Shown one piece after another: positions 47,925-56,823 of a DNA stretch of 64,000 bases (positions are counted from its first letter, which is position 1; each line of letters starts with the position of its first letter). A program made the position numbers and the translations under genes. The stretch is taken from positions 1,129-65,128 of the IMG/VR virus record IMGVR_UViG_3300044724_008054; one strand, 5' to 3'. Origin of the DNA: a virus. Taxonomy: Duplodnaviria; Caudoviricetes. The notes below the pieces were generated by a model. The model had not been told where the DNA came from, made no database searches, and saw only the letters and a list, made by a program, of their open reading frames with translations.

Positions 47925-48896
47925 TTAGACGTTGACGGCTATCCTTTGGTATTTGAAAACCGTGCTGTTATTACTGATATTTGTCGCTAATAATCTTACA
48001 CGACCGTCATCTATGTCTGCTGTGAACGTACACAGTGATCCAGTGTAAGAAGTTGTGCCTCCAAACACAGTTACATATGCTTCGATGGTGCTGTCTGCAC
48101 TTGGTCCGTGAACCACGTTTGCTTCAATAAATTCATGTCTTCCATTTGTTGCATCTGTGATTGATATGTAATATTTTGCACTCCTGTATGTTGTGGACTG
48201 GAAACTGTCTATCTCACTAGTGGTAGACGTGGCAACAGTCCTTGTGCCGTCATTGATTGCTGAATAATTCAATGTTGGTGTTACAGTGACGAAGCTCAAT
48301 ACTCCTGATCCGTTTGTTTTTATTTCTTGGTTGGCACTTCCATCTGAAGTTGGAAACGAAAGTCCGTTGATCGAAACTGTTCCTGTGCCGTTGCCTGAAA
48401 GTTCTAGATCGGCGTTTGATTCATTTGCCGATACCGTGTTGTCCTTTATCATCACACCATCAAGAGTAGCACTTGTATTCGCTGTCACTGTTGTGAACGT
48501 TCCTGCCACTGGTGTCGTGGCACCTATTGTTGTGTTATCTATTGTGCCTCCATTTATGTCTGCTTTTGCCATCATGACACTTCCTGTGCCGGATGCAGTT
48601 AATTTTAGATCGGAGTTTGACACGGTGGTTTTGATTTCATTGTCCGTGATGTTGATGTTTGAGTCAACTGTGAGGCTGTCCATTGTGACTATACCTGTTC
48701 CGCTTGGAGTCAACACAAGGTCGTCATTGGATCTTGTTGCTTTGATTTCATTTCCACTCAACTGGATACCGTCATCGAAAAGTGATGAAGCGTATATTTC
48801 TGTGAACATTGTGTTCACATTTTGCATCGCAGTACGTAAAGTGTCGCCTTTACCGTCGTTAGCATTGTCTCCTACGTTTAAGTTTATCCTTGCCAT
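47925..48896 (-). CDS. fibre protein with gp9/gp10-like N-terminus
   Basis: NDGKGDTLRTAMQNVNTMF; paralog of the adjacent gene at 48898-49881. Confidence 0.7.
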   Translation of the reverse strand: MARINLNVGDNANDGKGDTLRTAMQNVNTMFTEIYASSLFDDGIQLSGNEIKATRSNDDLVLTPSGTGIVTMDSLTVDSNINITDNEIKTTVSNSDLKLTASGTGSVMMAKADINGGTIDNTTIGATTPVAGTFTTVTANTSATLDGVMIKDNTVSANESNADLELSGNGTGTVSINGLSFPTSDGSANQEIKTNGSGVLSFVTVTPTLNYSAINDGTRTVATSTTSEIDSFQSTTYRSAKYYISITDATNGRHEFIEANVVHGPSADSTIEAYVTVFGGTTSYTGSLCTFTADIDDGRVRLLATNISNNSTVFKYQRIAVNV

Positions 48897-48897
48897 A

Positions 48898-49881
48898 TTA
48901 TACCTTTATTGGTCTCCTTACGAATTTTACAACTTGGTTGTTAGTGTTATTTACTGTTCCTAGCAGTCTTACGTTACCGCCTGAAACGTCTGCTGTGAAC
49001 TCCAACGAATCATACACGGTGGATCCGTCTCCTGTTCCGTTGTCTACGCCACCGAAAACACTGATGTATGCGTTGGTGCCGTCGTGCATGACGTTTGCTT
49101 CTATCAATGTGTATCTATCTGCTGTAGCGTCTGAAATTTGTATATGGTATTTCGCACTTCTGTATGTTGCGACTGCGAAAGTGTCTATGACCTGCACGGC
49201 AGATGAAGCACCTGATATGGTTGCGGTACCGTCATCCAATGCCGCATATTCGAATGTCATATCTCTGTAGAAGAATGCCAGTTGTCCGCTTCCGTTTGTT
49301 CTCAACACAGAACCATCCGAACTGTCAGCGATTGGAAATTTTAATCCCTCGAATGACACCGTCCCTGTGCCGTTTCCTGAAAATTCCAGGTTGGCGTTTG
49401 TAGCATTCGTTGATACTTCGTTGTCTGTTATTGTGACTCCGTCTAGCACAGAGGATCCTGAAACCGTTAGTGTTGTGAATGCCCCGGATGATGCGGTCGA
49501 GGCCCCAATGATGGTACCTTCTATGGTTCCAGAGTTGACATCTATTTTATCTGTCATGACAGAACCTGTGCCATTCGCACTCATGACAAGATCCGCGTTG
49601 GACGTGTTGACTTTGATGTCGTTATCTGTCATGTTTATTGTTGAATCTATTGTTATCTCAGGAACGGTAACTGATCCTGTTCCGCTGGCACTGAGTTCTA
49701 GGTCAGCGTTTGACTGTGTGCCTTTCACTTGATTGCCGGAGAACTCCAGGTGAGTCAGTGTCAGGTGAGGTCTTGCATAGACTTCCGTGAAATTGTTGTT
49801 GATTTTAGTTCCGGCACCTCGTATGGTATCGCCCGTGCCATCATCGGCCTGTAATCCAATGTTGATTATTTCCTGTGCCAT
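48898..49881 (-). CDS. fibre protein with gp9/gp10-like N-terminus
   Basis: DDGTGDTIRGAGTKINNNF; shares the C-terminal domain TYRSAKY with its neighbour. Confidence 0.7.
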   Translation of the reverse strand: MAQEIINIGLQADDGTGDTIRGAGTKINNNFTEVYARPHLTLTHLEFSGNQVKGTQSNADLELSASGTGSVTVPEITIDSTINMTDNDIKVNTSNADLVMSANGTGSVMTDKIDVNSGTIEGTIIGASTASSGAFTTLTVSGSSVLDGVTITDNEVSTNATNANLEFSGNGTGTVSFEGLKFPIADSSDGSVLRTNGSGQLAFFYRDMTFEYAALDDGTATISGASSAVQVIDTFAVATYRSAKYHIQISDATADRYTLIEANVMHDGTNAYISVFGGVDNGTGDGSTVYDSLEFTADVSGGNVRLLGTVNNTNNQVVKFVRRPIKV

Positions 49882-49899
49882 TTCACAATCTACCTTTTA

Positions 49900-50388
49900 T
49901 TATAGACTGACTTTGACCGTAGCACCATCTCTGTACAATCTGCCTGCCACTCCTGGGTCTGACGTTGGAAGTGCTGTGAAGTCTATCTGTGCGCCTGTTA
50001 CTTTTAAATTTCCATTTACATCAACCGCTTCTGCTATTGATATTTTCGTTGAGTCATCTGAACTAATTGTAGTGCCATTTACTTTGAGAGCACCTACAAT
50101 GATGTTTCCTGTTCCGTTAGCACTTAATGTTAAATTACTGTTTGTTGCGATTGGTGTAATTGCCGCGTTATTGATTTGTAATTGATCTATTTCAACGACA
50201 CCTGCACCGTTTGGTTGAACCTTTATGTTGCCGTTTGTAACACTTGTTGTCAACAATCCTGTGTCACCGTCGCCGACCAACGAGTAAACTTCTTCGAAAT
50301 TCGTGTTGATCTTCGTCATGGCCGTACGTAAAGTATCGCCTGTTGCCGGGTTTCCTACCGCTCCTGTGTCTATGTTTAATCTAGCCAT
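49900..50388 (-). CDS. short fibre protein with gp9/gp10-like N-terminus
   Basis: MARLNIDTGAVGNPATGDTLRTAMTKINTNF. Confidence 0.7.
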   Translation of the reverse strand: MARLNIDTGAVGNPATGDTLRTAMTKINTNFEEVYSLVGDGDTGLLTTSVTNGNIKVQPNGAGVVEIDQLQINNAAITPIATNSNLTLSANGTGNIIVGALKVNGTTISSDDSTKISIAEAVDVNGNLKVTGAQIDFTALPTSDPGVAGRLYRDGATVKVSL

Positions 50389-50402
50389 ATATCGAATATA
50401 CA

Positions 50403-50415
50403 TATTTATTAAATA
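50403..50415. promoter_or_regulatory. back-to-back T4-type late promoters
   Basis: TATTTATTAAATA: ATAAATA on the minus strand and TTAAATA on the plus strand between divergent genes. Confidence 0.55.
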
Positions 50416-50418
50416 CTA

Positions 50419-50700
50419 TTGATGTTTGTTGAAACATTAAAAACAATGAGACTGTACGAACGCCAGAGCAAATGTGGCGTTTACCACACCTTTCACCGAA
50501 AAAATACTGTATTTGTGTTCAAATGTGATTCATGCGGAGTGCAATTCCTGAGACCGAGAGCGAAAGTGGATCCTGAGAGGGCCACCAATGATTACAAACA
50601 TGTCTGTTCGTGTTGTGACACAAAGAGGTTCGCACAGAAGGTGGGTGTGAAAATGCGTAAGGTCTATAAACTTGACGCTAGTAGCACAATAACTCTATAG
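50419..50700 (+). CDS. small zinc-binding protein
   Basis: CDSC...CSCC; start probably 50422. Confidence 0.6.
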   Translation: MMFVETLKTMRLYERQSKCGVYHTFHRKNTVFVFKCDSCGVQFLRPRAKVDPERATNDYKHVCSCCDTKRFAQKVGVKMRKVYKLDASSTITL

Positions 50701-51438
50701 GGTTTTCCACTTGATATCATCCCTGCCACCAGAGATCCATCTCTGCAGGTCAGCGTATATCCCACACTTGATGTTTGGTTGATCGAAGTACCACCTCAGG
50801 AACGGATTGCCTTCTAGGTATTCCCTCCTGTTGATGAAATGGAAGTTGGTATCTGGAAACTTCCTAAAAGTTTGTCTGAGTTGATACATCCATTCATACT
50901 TGAGATATGCCTTCATGCTTTCTCGTCCTGGATAGTTGTTAGAGCTCTTGTATATGTTGTTCTGTATCCTGCTAGGGGTTTCCATCTCCCATTGTCTGGC
51001 ACCCATGATGTCGAAGGCCAATATCACAATATTTTTAACACCAGATTCAGCGGCCAACAACACAGCGGAACACCCTGAGCCCTTGGCTCTGCTGAAGTCA
51101 TTGGTTTTTATCTTGCCACCTTTCTTGATGTCACCACCCCTCCACACTCTGTATATCTTGAGTCCTTCTGGAACATCTGTTTCGTCGTCACCATCACAGA
51201 TGTAATCCCATTCCGAGATGTTTTCTCTTCCGTATATCTGTGGAGATTCCTTTCCGTTGTTGTGCCATGTCGCCAGTTCCTCGTACATGGGAGGATTTAC
51301 CGCCACTATGTGATCACACAACATAGGGTGGTCCCGGTATATGGCGTTGCAACCATATATCACACCTTTGCCTTTTAAGTTTTCTATTGGAAATATATTT
51401 CTTGACTCACCGTTACCAACTATGAATGCTGTGTCCAT
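50695..51438 (-). CDS. GT29/MptE(DUF115)-like Rossmann-fold transferase
   Basis: AFIVGNGESR...GCNAIYRD...LAFD; paralog of 55424-56059; start at TAATG 51438. Confidence 0.55.
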   Translation of the reverse strand: MDTAFIVGNGESRNIFPIENLKGKGVIYGCNAIYRDHPMLCDHIVAVNPPMYEELATWHNNGKESPQIYGRENISEWDYICDGDDETDVPEGLKIYRVWRGGDIKKGGKIKTNDFSRAKGSGCSAVLLAAESGVKNIVILAFDIMGARQWEMETPSRIQNNIYKSSNNYPGRESMKAYLKYEWMYQLRQTFRKFPDTNFHFINRREYLEGNPFLRWYFDQPNIKCGIYADLQRWISGGRDDIKWKTL

Positions 51439-51791
51439 TACACCCCAAATGATTCTCCACACCCACACCCACTAGATGCATTAGGATTGGTTATTTCAAA
51501 TTGAGAACCAAAGGTCTCTTCTATCCAGTCAATCTTGGTTCCTGCCACGTACAGCATTGAAGTCTCGTCCACAACGAAACGTCCTGTATGCCAGTCTTCC
51601 ACATGGTCGTCTTTGCTTATAGATTCCTTTGTGTCTGCAAATCCCCACTCGTACTTGAAACCTGCACATCCGCCTCCCTGTACTGCTAAACTTACAGCAT
51701 ACTTTCCAGGATTCTTAGACAGAAGTTTCTCTATCTGGTTTTTGGCTTCGTCTGTAATTTCGAACCACTTTTGATTTTCGTAACCTTCCAT
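51438..51791 (-). CDS. iscA: HesB/IscA iron-sulfur cluster assembly protein
   Basis: GGGCAGFKY and CGCGESF. Confidence 0.9.
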   Translation of the reverse strand: MEGYENQKWFEITDEAKNQIEKLLSKNPGKYAVSLAVQGGGCAGFKYEWGFADTKESISKDDHVEDWHTGRFVVDETSMLYVAGTKIDWIEETFGSQFEITNPNASSGCGCGESFGV

Positions 51792-51799
51792 ACTATTAA

Positions 51800-52120
51800 T
51801 TATCTACTTCTCTTCCCCATGTTATTAACTCCGACGGCTAACCAAAATCTTGTGGCATCTCTTTTGTATTGGAAACTCATGTAACTGTCTTGGTCCTCCC
51901 AATTATGGCGCATAGGATCATAAAGCTCAGTAGGTCCCTTGAACCACCAACCCCATTTGCCTTCGCAATTTATCTGGCACCATTCTATGCAGTCACCCAC
52001 TATACCATTTGAGTTCATGTCTATGTTGAACCGGAATTTTTTCTCGTAGCCGCAGTCCTCCGGTATGTCTGATAGATCGGGTTTGATCCTTTTCACATCC
52101 ACTTTGCCGAAACTTTTCAT
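51800..52120 (-). CDS. hypothetical Trp/Cys-rich protein
   Basis: Start at the ATGA overlap 52120. Confidence 0.6.
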   Translation of the reverse strand: MKSFGKVDVKRIKPDLSDIPEDCGYEKKFRFNIDMNSNGIVGDCIEWCQINCEGKWGWWFKGPTELYDPMRHNWEDQDSYMSFQYKRDATRFWLAVGVNNMGKRSR

Positions 52121-52818
52121 TTCCAGTTGTCCTCCACAAACTTGTCTGCACATTCCATAGGATTGGGTGAGCCATGGAATACTGCTACCCTATTGCCAGG
52201 TTCTATTTTAGCCGGTTTCCTAAACCATTTCTTGCCATCCTTGTTGGTCAGCAGTTTGGTATCTTTCAGTCCTACCATCTCCCACTTGTACGATCTTATC
52301 CATTCATCCGGCCACCAATTGATATCGTTCTTGGCCCTCTTGGTTATCCAATCTTGATCTCCGTGGTTCTGTTGCATTATCTGTGCTGATCTGTCTTTGA
52401 ATTCATTCCACAGGTAGTTCATTGTACCTGACTGCCAACGCATACAACTGGAGTTGGACAGTTTCCAGTCTTTTACTCTGCATCTATTGAAGTCTCTTAT
52501 GATCATGAACTTGTCAGGATTGTGAGTGAACAACTGATCTATGTTTTCGAATATCACAACATCCAGATCAAAGAATAATATGTTCCCTTGCAATGGCATC
52601 TCTGGTGCGAACATCCAAAGTTTGCTCCACCATGAGTTGATACATGGATCGTTTGGTAGTTTGATTACATTAATCTCTGGATCCAATCCTGCAGGATCAT
52701 CTGTTAGACAATGGAATTCAAAAGGCACAGTGGTGTGTCTCTTGACCATGCTGTTGAGTACATTGGCGTACTGTGAAACATACTTGTTGCCCCACTTAAC
52801 GCACACTACGTGATTCAT
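52117..52818 (-). CDS. GT-A fold glycosyltransferase-like protein
   Basis: VCVKWG, LFFDLDVVI (DxD), HGDQDW, VFHGSPNP. Confidence 0.75.
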   Translation of the reverse strand: MNHVVCVKWGNKYVSQYANVLNSMVKRHTTVPFEFHCLTDDPAGLDPEINVIKLPNDPCINSWWSKLWMFAPEMPLQGNILFFDLDVVIFENIDQLFTHNPDKFMIIRDFNRCRVKDWKLSNSSCMRWQSGTMNYLWNEFKDRSAQIMQQNHGDQDWITKRAKNDINWWPDEWIRSYKWEMVGLKDTKLLTNKDGKKWFRKPAKIEPGNRVAVFHGSPNPMECADKFVEDNWK

Positions 52819-53974
52819 ATCCCCTTTTCAATCCTTCCATTTGTATCTGTTTCCAGTCCTTGCTGTCCAGTGTGTAAGGAAAATCATTTTCATGAGTTTC
52901 TTTGCCCCTGATAGTGATGTTCTTTATATTTAAATTATCTTTCATCATGTCGTATATCCCAAGGAACGGACGATTTTGAAAAGATGTGGCCAGATCTACC
53001 TGTCCTATCTTGATGTACCCGAGAGAAAGTTTTGGATCTTCCCAATCGTAGTTGTTCTCCTTAAGCCATGCTCGGTATCCGTCCATTTCTTCTTTTTTGA
53101 AATCATGTGTCTGTTCCGTGATCGTATCCCCCCACTCAATATCAAATTCCCCCGAGTAGTATTTTTGGTGATTTATTGCTGAACACAGTGCGTCTGTCAT
53201 CTTAGGTGCGTGTTCGTCTCTGTAAACCTCATACAAAGTTTTGCCTACCTGTGACCAGTGTAGGTACACACCACCCAACTCTCTGTCATACCTATTCTGT
53301 TTGAACAAGTCATAATCTTCTTCGTGTAGGTTATACCTCGGTGAGTTTAGGAATGTGGTTATCTGTGAAGGCCTTATCCATTCAGGTTCGATAAACTTTT
53401 TCCTGTATGCTTCTACCCAACTTTCTATTTCATGGCATATGTTATTCAACTGTCTTATGGCATACTTTGTTTCATGGTCTGCCTGTTTGTAATACTCAGA
53501 AAGTTTCCATGCTGTGCCTTGCAGGTCCTCGAAGTATCTGTGTAGTAGATTACATGCCTCGTGTTTCAACCTAAGTCCGGGTGTCCTTTTAACATCACCG
53601 TCTATCGCTTTGCCTATGGGTAATTTTGAACTGTACTGGAAATCGTCCGCAACAAAGGGATCCATCCTTTCATATGGTGGATCGAATTTGAATGAGTTGA
53701 TCTGTTCTATGCTTTTGTTCAACTCACGACAAAGAAAATTTAAATCTCTGTTGGAGTCCGCCCAACCCAGGAAACAGAAGTTCTTCTCCAGTATTCTTTT
53801 TTTTAATAGATTGTCCTTGAGTGCTTCTATGAATCTTTTACCTAGCGGGGTGTCGTAAACATCAACCTTGACAAGTTTATGATCGTACTCTATTAATATT
53901 TTATCCTCTAGTGTATATGGCACTATTCGCTCCGTGTTCCATACATTCAACACTTTCCACGAAACATCTGTCAT
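52796..53974 (-). CDS. hypothetical protein
   Basis: About 370-390 aa ORF; start uncertain (overlaps the queD end). Confidence 0.7.
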   Translation of the reverse strand: MTDVSWKVLNVWNTERIVPYTLEDKILIEYDHKLVKVDVYDTPLGKRFIEALKDNLLKKRILEKNFCFLGWADSNRDLNFLCRELNKSIEQINSFKFDPPYERMDPFVADDFQYSSKLPIGKAIDGDVKRTPGLRLKHEACNLLHRYFEDLQGTAWKLSEYYKQADHETKYAIRQLNNICHEIESWVEAYRKKFIEPEWIRPSQITTFLNSPRYNLHEEDYDLFKQNRYDRELGGVYLHWSQVGKTLYEVYRDEHAPKMTDALCSAINHQKYYSGEFDIEWGDTITEQTHDFKKEEMDGYRAWLKENNYDWEDPKLSLGYIKIGQVDLATSFQNRPFLGIYDMMKDNLNIKNITIRGKETHENDFPYTLDSKDWKQIQMEGLKRGYESRSVR

Positions 53975-54350
53975 CTGTTTTCTCTCTGATCAGTTTGTCA
54001 GCGAAGTCAAATGCATGTTTGGCAAACATCTCAGCACCCACTCCGTCGAAGATTCTGATTTCTGCCAAGTCAAGACTTTCTAAGTGCTTGAATGTTTCTA
54101 AAAATGGATCTGCCTTGTCCAGTGCAAGTTTGTGATCGAAGTGATCTTCCAACCAAGCCTTCAAAGGTTTTAGTCCACCAAAGTCCACTGCCCAGTTCTT
54201 GTTGTCCAGTCCCTTACATCCAAATGTGAATTTGAAAGCAAGACTGTATCCGTGTAGTAGATGGCAGTGTGAATGATCTGCGTTGGGTTGTCTGAACACA
54301 CAGGCCAATCCTATGTTGTGTCCGTATGTTTTAGTTGAGTAGTAAGTCAT
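53901..54350 (-). CDS. queD: 6-carboxytetrahydropterin synthase QueD-like
   Basis: HCHLLHGY, WAVDFG, FDHK, AEMFA; SD AGGAG 5 nt before ATG 54350. Confidence 0.8.
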   Translation of the reverse strand: MTYYSTKTYGHNIGLACVFRQPNADHSHCHLLHGYSLAFKFTFGCKGLDNKNWAVDFGGLKPLKAWLEDHFDHKLALDKADPFLETFKHLESLDLAEIRIFDGVGAEMFAKHAFDFADKLIREKTDDRCFVESVECMEHGANSAIYTRG

Positions 54351-54414
54351 CGTTTCTCCTGTTTTGATGACTTGCAGAGTGTTTATAGAGGGATGAAAGT
54401 CTTTGAGTCCTCTC
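54344..54414 (-). promoter_or_regulatory. candidate preQ1-I-like riboswitch / translational RNA switch
   Basis: AGAGG-loop-C-CCUCU-AUAAA directly upstream of queD; AAGUC pairs either with the loop GACUU or with the start-codon region. Confidence 0.45.
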
Positions 54415-54419
54415 AATCA

Positions 54420-54674
54420 TTAGTTGAGTTTCTTGTTCAACTTCTGATCTAGATCCAACTGGAACGCTGTGTCTCTGATGCGATCCGTTAGCTCGTTTGG
54501 TATATTTAATTCTCCATCGATGATGCTCTTGAGAAAATGTATCATCACAGTGAACTCATTTGATTTGGACACTGTTTCTGGATCTATTCCATGTTCCTCC
54601 ATGGCATTCAACATTGCCTCCGACACGTCTATCAGTGCCTTGATACTTGTTGAGTGTTTGTCGAAGTGTGCCAT
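54420..54674 (-). CDS. hypothetical protein
   Basis: 84 aa; TAATG coupling. Confidence 0.6.
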   Translation of the reverse strand: MAHFDKHSTSIKALIDVSEAMLNAMEEHGIDPETVSKSNEFTVMIHFLKSIIDGELNIPNELTDRIRDTAFQLDLDQKLNKKLN

Positions 54675-54979
54675 TATGTTATAATCTTGGGTTTTGCAGG
54701 AACTTCGATCTTGCTGAAGACTCTGTTGTACTCATCACGGATCTTGTCGTTGATGTGTGCTATCGACACAATCTTGCTTATTGCAATATCAAAAGGTACG
54801 TCCTGTCTGGCAGTGGAGAAAAATGTAGCAAATGCCAGGCCCTGTGGACCTTGCATCAATACAAGTGCCTTTTCAATACTGACGTATGTGTCAGCCTTGC
54901 CTGTGAATTTTGCGATGACTTCTTCTCCCGAAGCCAATTTAAGAGTTACTAGATCTTCATCTTTTATTTTATCAAACAT
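54674..54979 (-). CDS. Sm-like fold phage protein
   Basis: VTLKLASGEEVIAK; promoter TTGACA-16-TATAAT at 54986-55013. Confidence 0.45.
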   Translation of the reverse strand: MFDKIKDEDLVTLKLASGEEVIAKFTGKADTYVSIEKALVLMQGPQGLAFATFFSTARQDVPFDIAISKIVSIAHINDKIRDEYNRVFSKIEVPAKPKIIT

Positions 54980-54993
54980 ATCCTTATTATAAA

Positions 54994-55404
54994 CTATCCT
55001 ACGAGTTTGTCAATGTATTTTCTTAATTCTTTATCCTGTACGTTGGGTGGAACGTTATTGAAAAAAAATATCTGGTAACTATCGGAACCGTACTTGCCTA
55101 TGCCGTGTAGGTCACTGGCCTCTTTCTTGTTCCAATTCAGATATTGTTCAGTCATCTTACGAATTCTACGTGACCTCACTTCCCACATGCCTAAGGGTTT
55201 AAGCATCTGCTGTTGGGTCTTCAACCTTCCGCGTAGATAAGATTGTGGATCTGGATATCTGTCGAAAAGTTTTGGTAAGATTATTTTGACATGTTTTCTG
55301 TATGTAAGATTAAGGCACATCACAGCCACCATGTGTTTCCATTTCTTGTGGGGAGCCTTTAGTTGCTGTTGCACCATCAGGTGTTCTACCATCGGTTTGA
55401 TCAT
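54994..55404 (-). CDS. HhH-GPD DNA glycosylase (MBD4-like)
   Basis: LKPLGM...LHGIGKYGSDSYQIF. Confidence 0.8.
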   Translation of the reverse strand: MIKPMVEHLMVQQQLKAPHKKWKHMVAVMCLNLTYRKHVKIILPKLFDRYPDPQSYLRGRLKTQQQMLKPLGMWEVRSRRIRKMTEQYLNWNKKEASDLHGIGKYGSDSYQIFFFNNVPPNVQDKELRKYIDKLVG

Positions 55405-55423
55405 ACTGTAATTTTATATGAGA

Positions 55424-56059
55424 TTACTTCTTTGTCAACTGCCTGTTGATGAACTTGGCCATGCCATCATAGGTCTCCTGGAACACGTTCGCCTGTGCCT
55501 TCCATTCCTTGGGCATCTCCCAACGATCATGATTTACCACGATCCATCTTGTGTCTGGATCTGAGTAACCCATTAACTTCTGGAACTGATATATCCAGTA
55601 ACTGGGGTCAACAGGCCTCTTGATGTACTTGTAACCATCGGAACCTGTGTACATATTGTTGATCTTGTCCTTCTCCAATGGATGTAGGTCAAAGCCAAGC
55701 ATGAATATGGCCTTTGGCTTGAAACTCAATGCAACGTTCCCGGCGTGTGGACCGGTGCCCCAGTGAAATGTGTCGTCCTGTCTCTTGTCTCCTGCGTAGG
55801 GTAGTGCTGGTAATGTTTTTACATTGGACCAATTGGCGAATTGGCCTGCCCACATTTCTCTGGTGTATATTGTTGTTCCTTTACCAACGGCGTTGACTGC
55901 CTGTTGGCACATATGCTTGTCTGCACACACCAGGTATTCGGTAACGAAATCTCTGTATATGGCATTACATCCAATAACCGTGCTGAACATCTTCAGAGGA
56001 GAAACGTCAAATCCTCTCCTGCTTTCACCGTTGCCTATTATACTAACATACTTGGTCAT
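55424..56059 (-). CDS. GT29/MptE(DUF115)-like transferase
   Basis: SIIGNGESR...GCNAIYRD...WGTG...MLGFD. Confidence 0.55.
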   Translation of the reverse strand: MTKYVSIIGNGESRRGFDVSPLKMFSTVIGCNAIYRDFVTEYLVCADKHMCQQAVNAVGKGTTIYTREMWAGQFANWSNVKTLPALPYAGDKRQDDTFHWGTGPHAGNVALSFKPKAIFMLGFDLHPLEKDKINNMYTGSDGYKYIKRPVDPSYWIYQFQKLMGYSDPDTRWIVVNHDRWEMPKEWKAQANVFQETYDGMAKFINRQLTKK

Positions 56060-56140
56060 AATGCTATTTAATCACCCCTTTAAACCCACACAGATGCACA
56101 TATACGCATGGTAAAGGTTGGTCTGGAGTAGTTGTATATA

Positions 56141-56422
56141 TCACTCATTATCGTTGATTAAATGCCACACGGTGCGGTATTGATCCCATGCTTTCTGCAG
56201 AGTTGGATGTTGTCGCCTCAACTCCAGGGCCTTTGTTCCTACCATTTCCAACTCCTCATATGCGGTTTCGTTGTCCATGGCTTTCTGTGATTTTTCTATC
56301 AGTCTGCGTTCACCATTACCAATCTGCTCGTACACAGTTTCGCCACCATCTGGAGACGTGTATATGGGCATGGGTCTTATTTTCCTGCTGACTTTCTTTT
56401 TTCTTTTGATTGTTTTCTTCAT
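56141..56422 (-). CDS. hypothetical protein
   Basis: IYTSPDGGETVY motif; TAATG coupling. Confidence 0.6.
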   Translation of the reverse strand: MKKTIKRKKKVSRKIRPMPIYTSPDGGETVYEQIGNGERRLIEKSQKAMDNETAYEELEMVGTKALELRRQHPTLQKAWDQYRTVWHLINDNE

Positions 56423-56823
56423 TAGTAATATTGCTTGTGGTCTGCTCCTGGGTGTGCGTGTCTCAGTCCGCCTGTGTGGTCTGCGTCATCTTTGTTCCTG
56501 GGTATGAAGTGTATGTGTGGCCACATGATGGTTTGTCCTGCACAAAGTCCTATGTTCATGCCCACGTTGAATCCTTCCATCTTGCCTTCCTTGATCCATT
56601 CTTTGCCACAGTAGTAGGCCAGTTTGTATGACTCTCCTATGAATACTGGATCATCCTCTTTTGGTATGAAAAGTGTGTGTCCGGCAGTGCATGGATATTT
56701 GTCTTTGAATACTGCTGTGTGCTTGTTCTCAAATATGGGTGTGTCGTTGCCCAACCAGGTACATTCCTCGTATCGGTCTATGGTCTCAAAGGCCTTCTTG
56801 TAGATAGGTTTTTTTAATGGCAT
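56422..56823 (-). CDS. HIT family hydrolase
   Basis: GHTLFIPK, GFNVGMN, AGQTIMWPHIHFIPR. Confidence 0.85.
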   Translation of the reverse strand: MPLKKPIYKKAFETIDRYEECTWLGNDTPIFENKHTAVFKDKYPCTAGHTLFIPKEDDPVFIGESYKLAYYCGKEWIKEGKMEGFNVGMNIGLCAGQTIMWPHIHFIPRNKDDADHTGGLRHAHPGADHKQYY

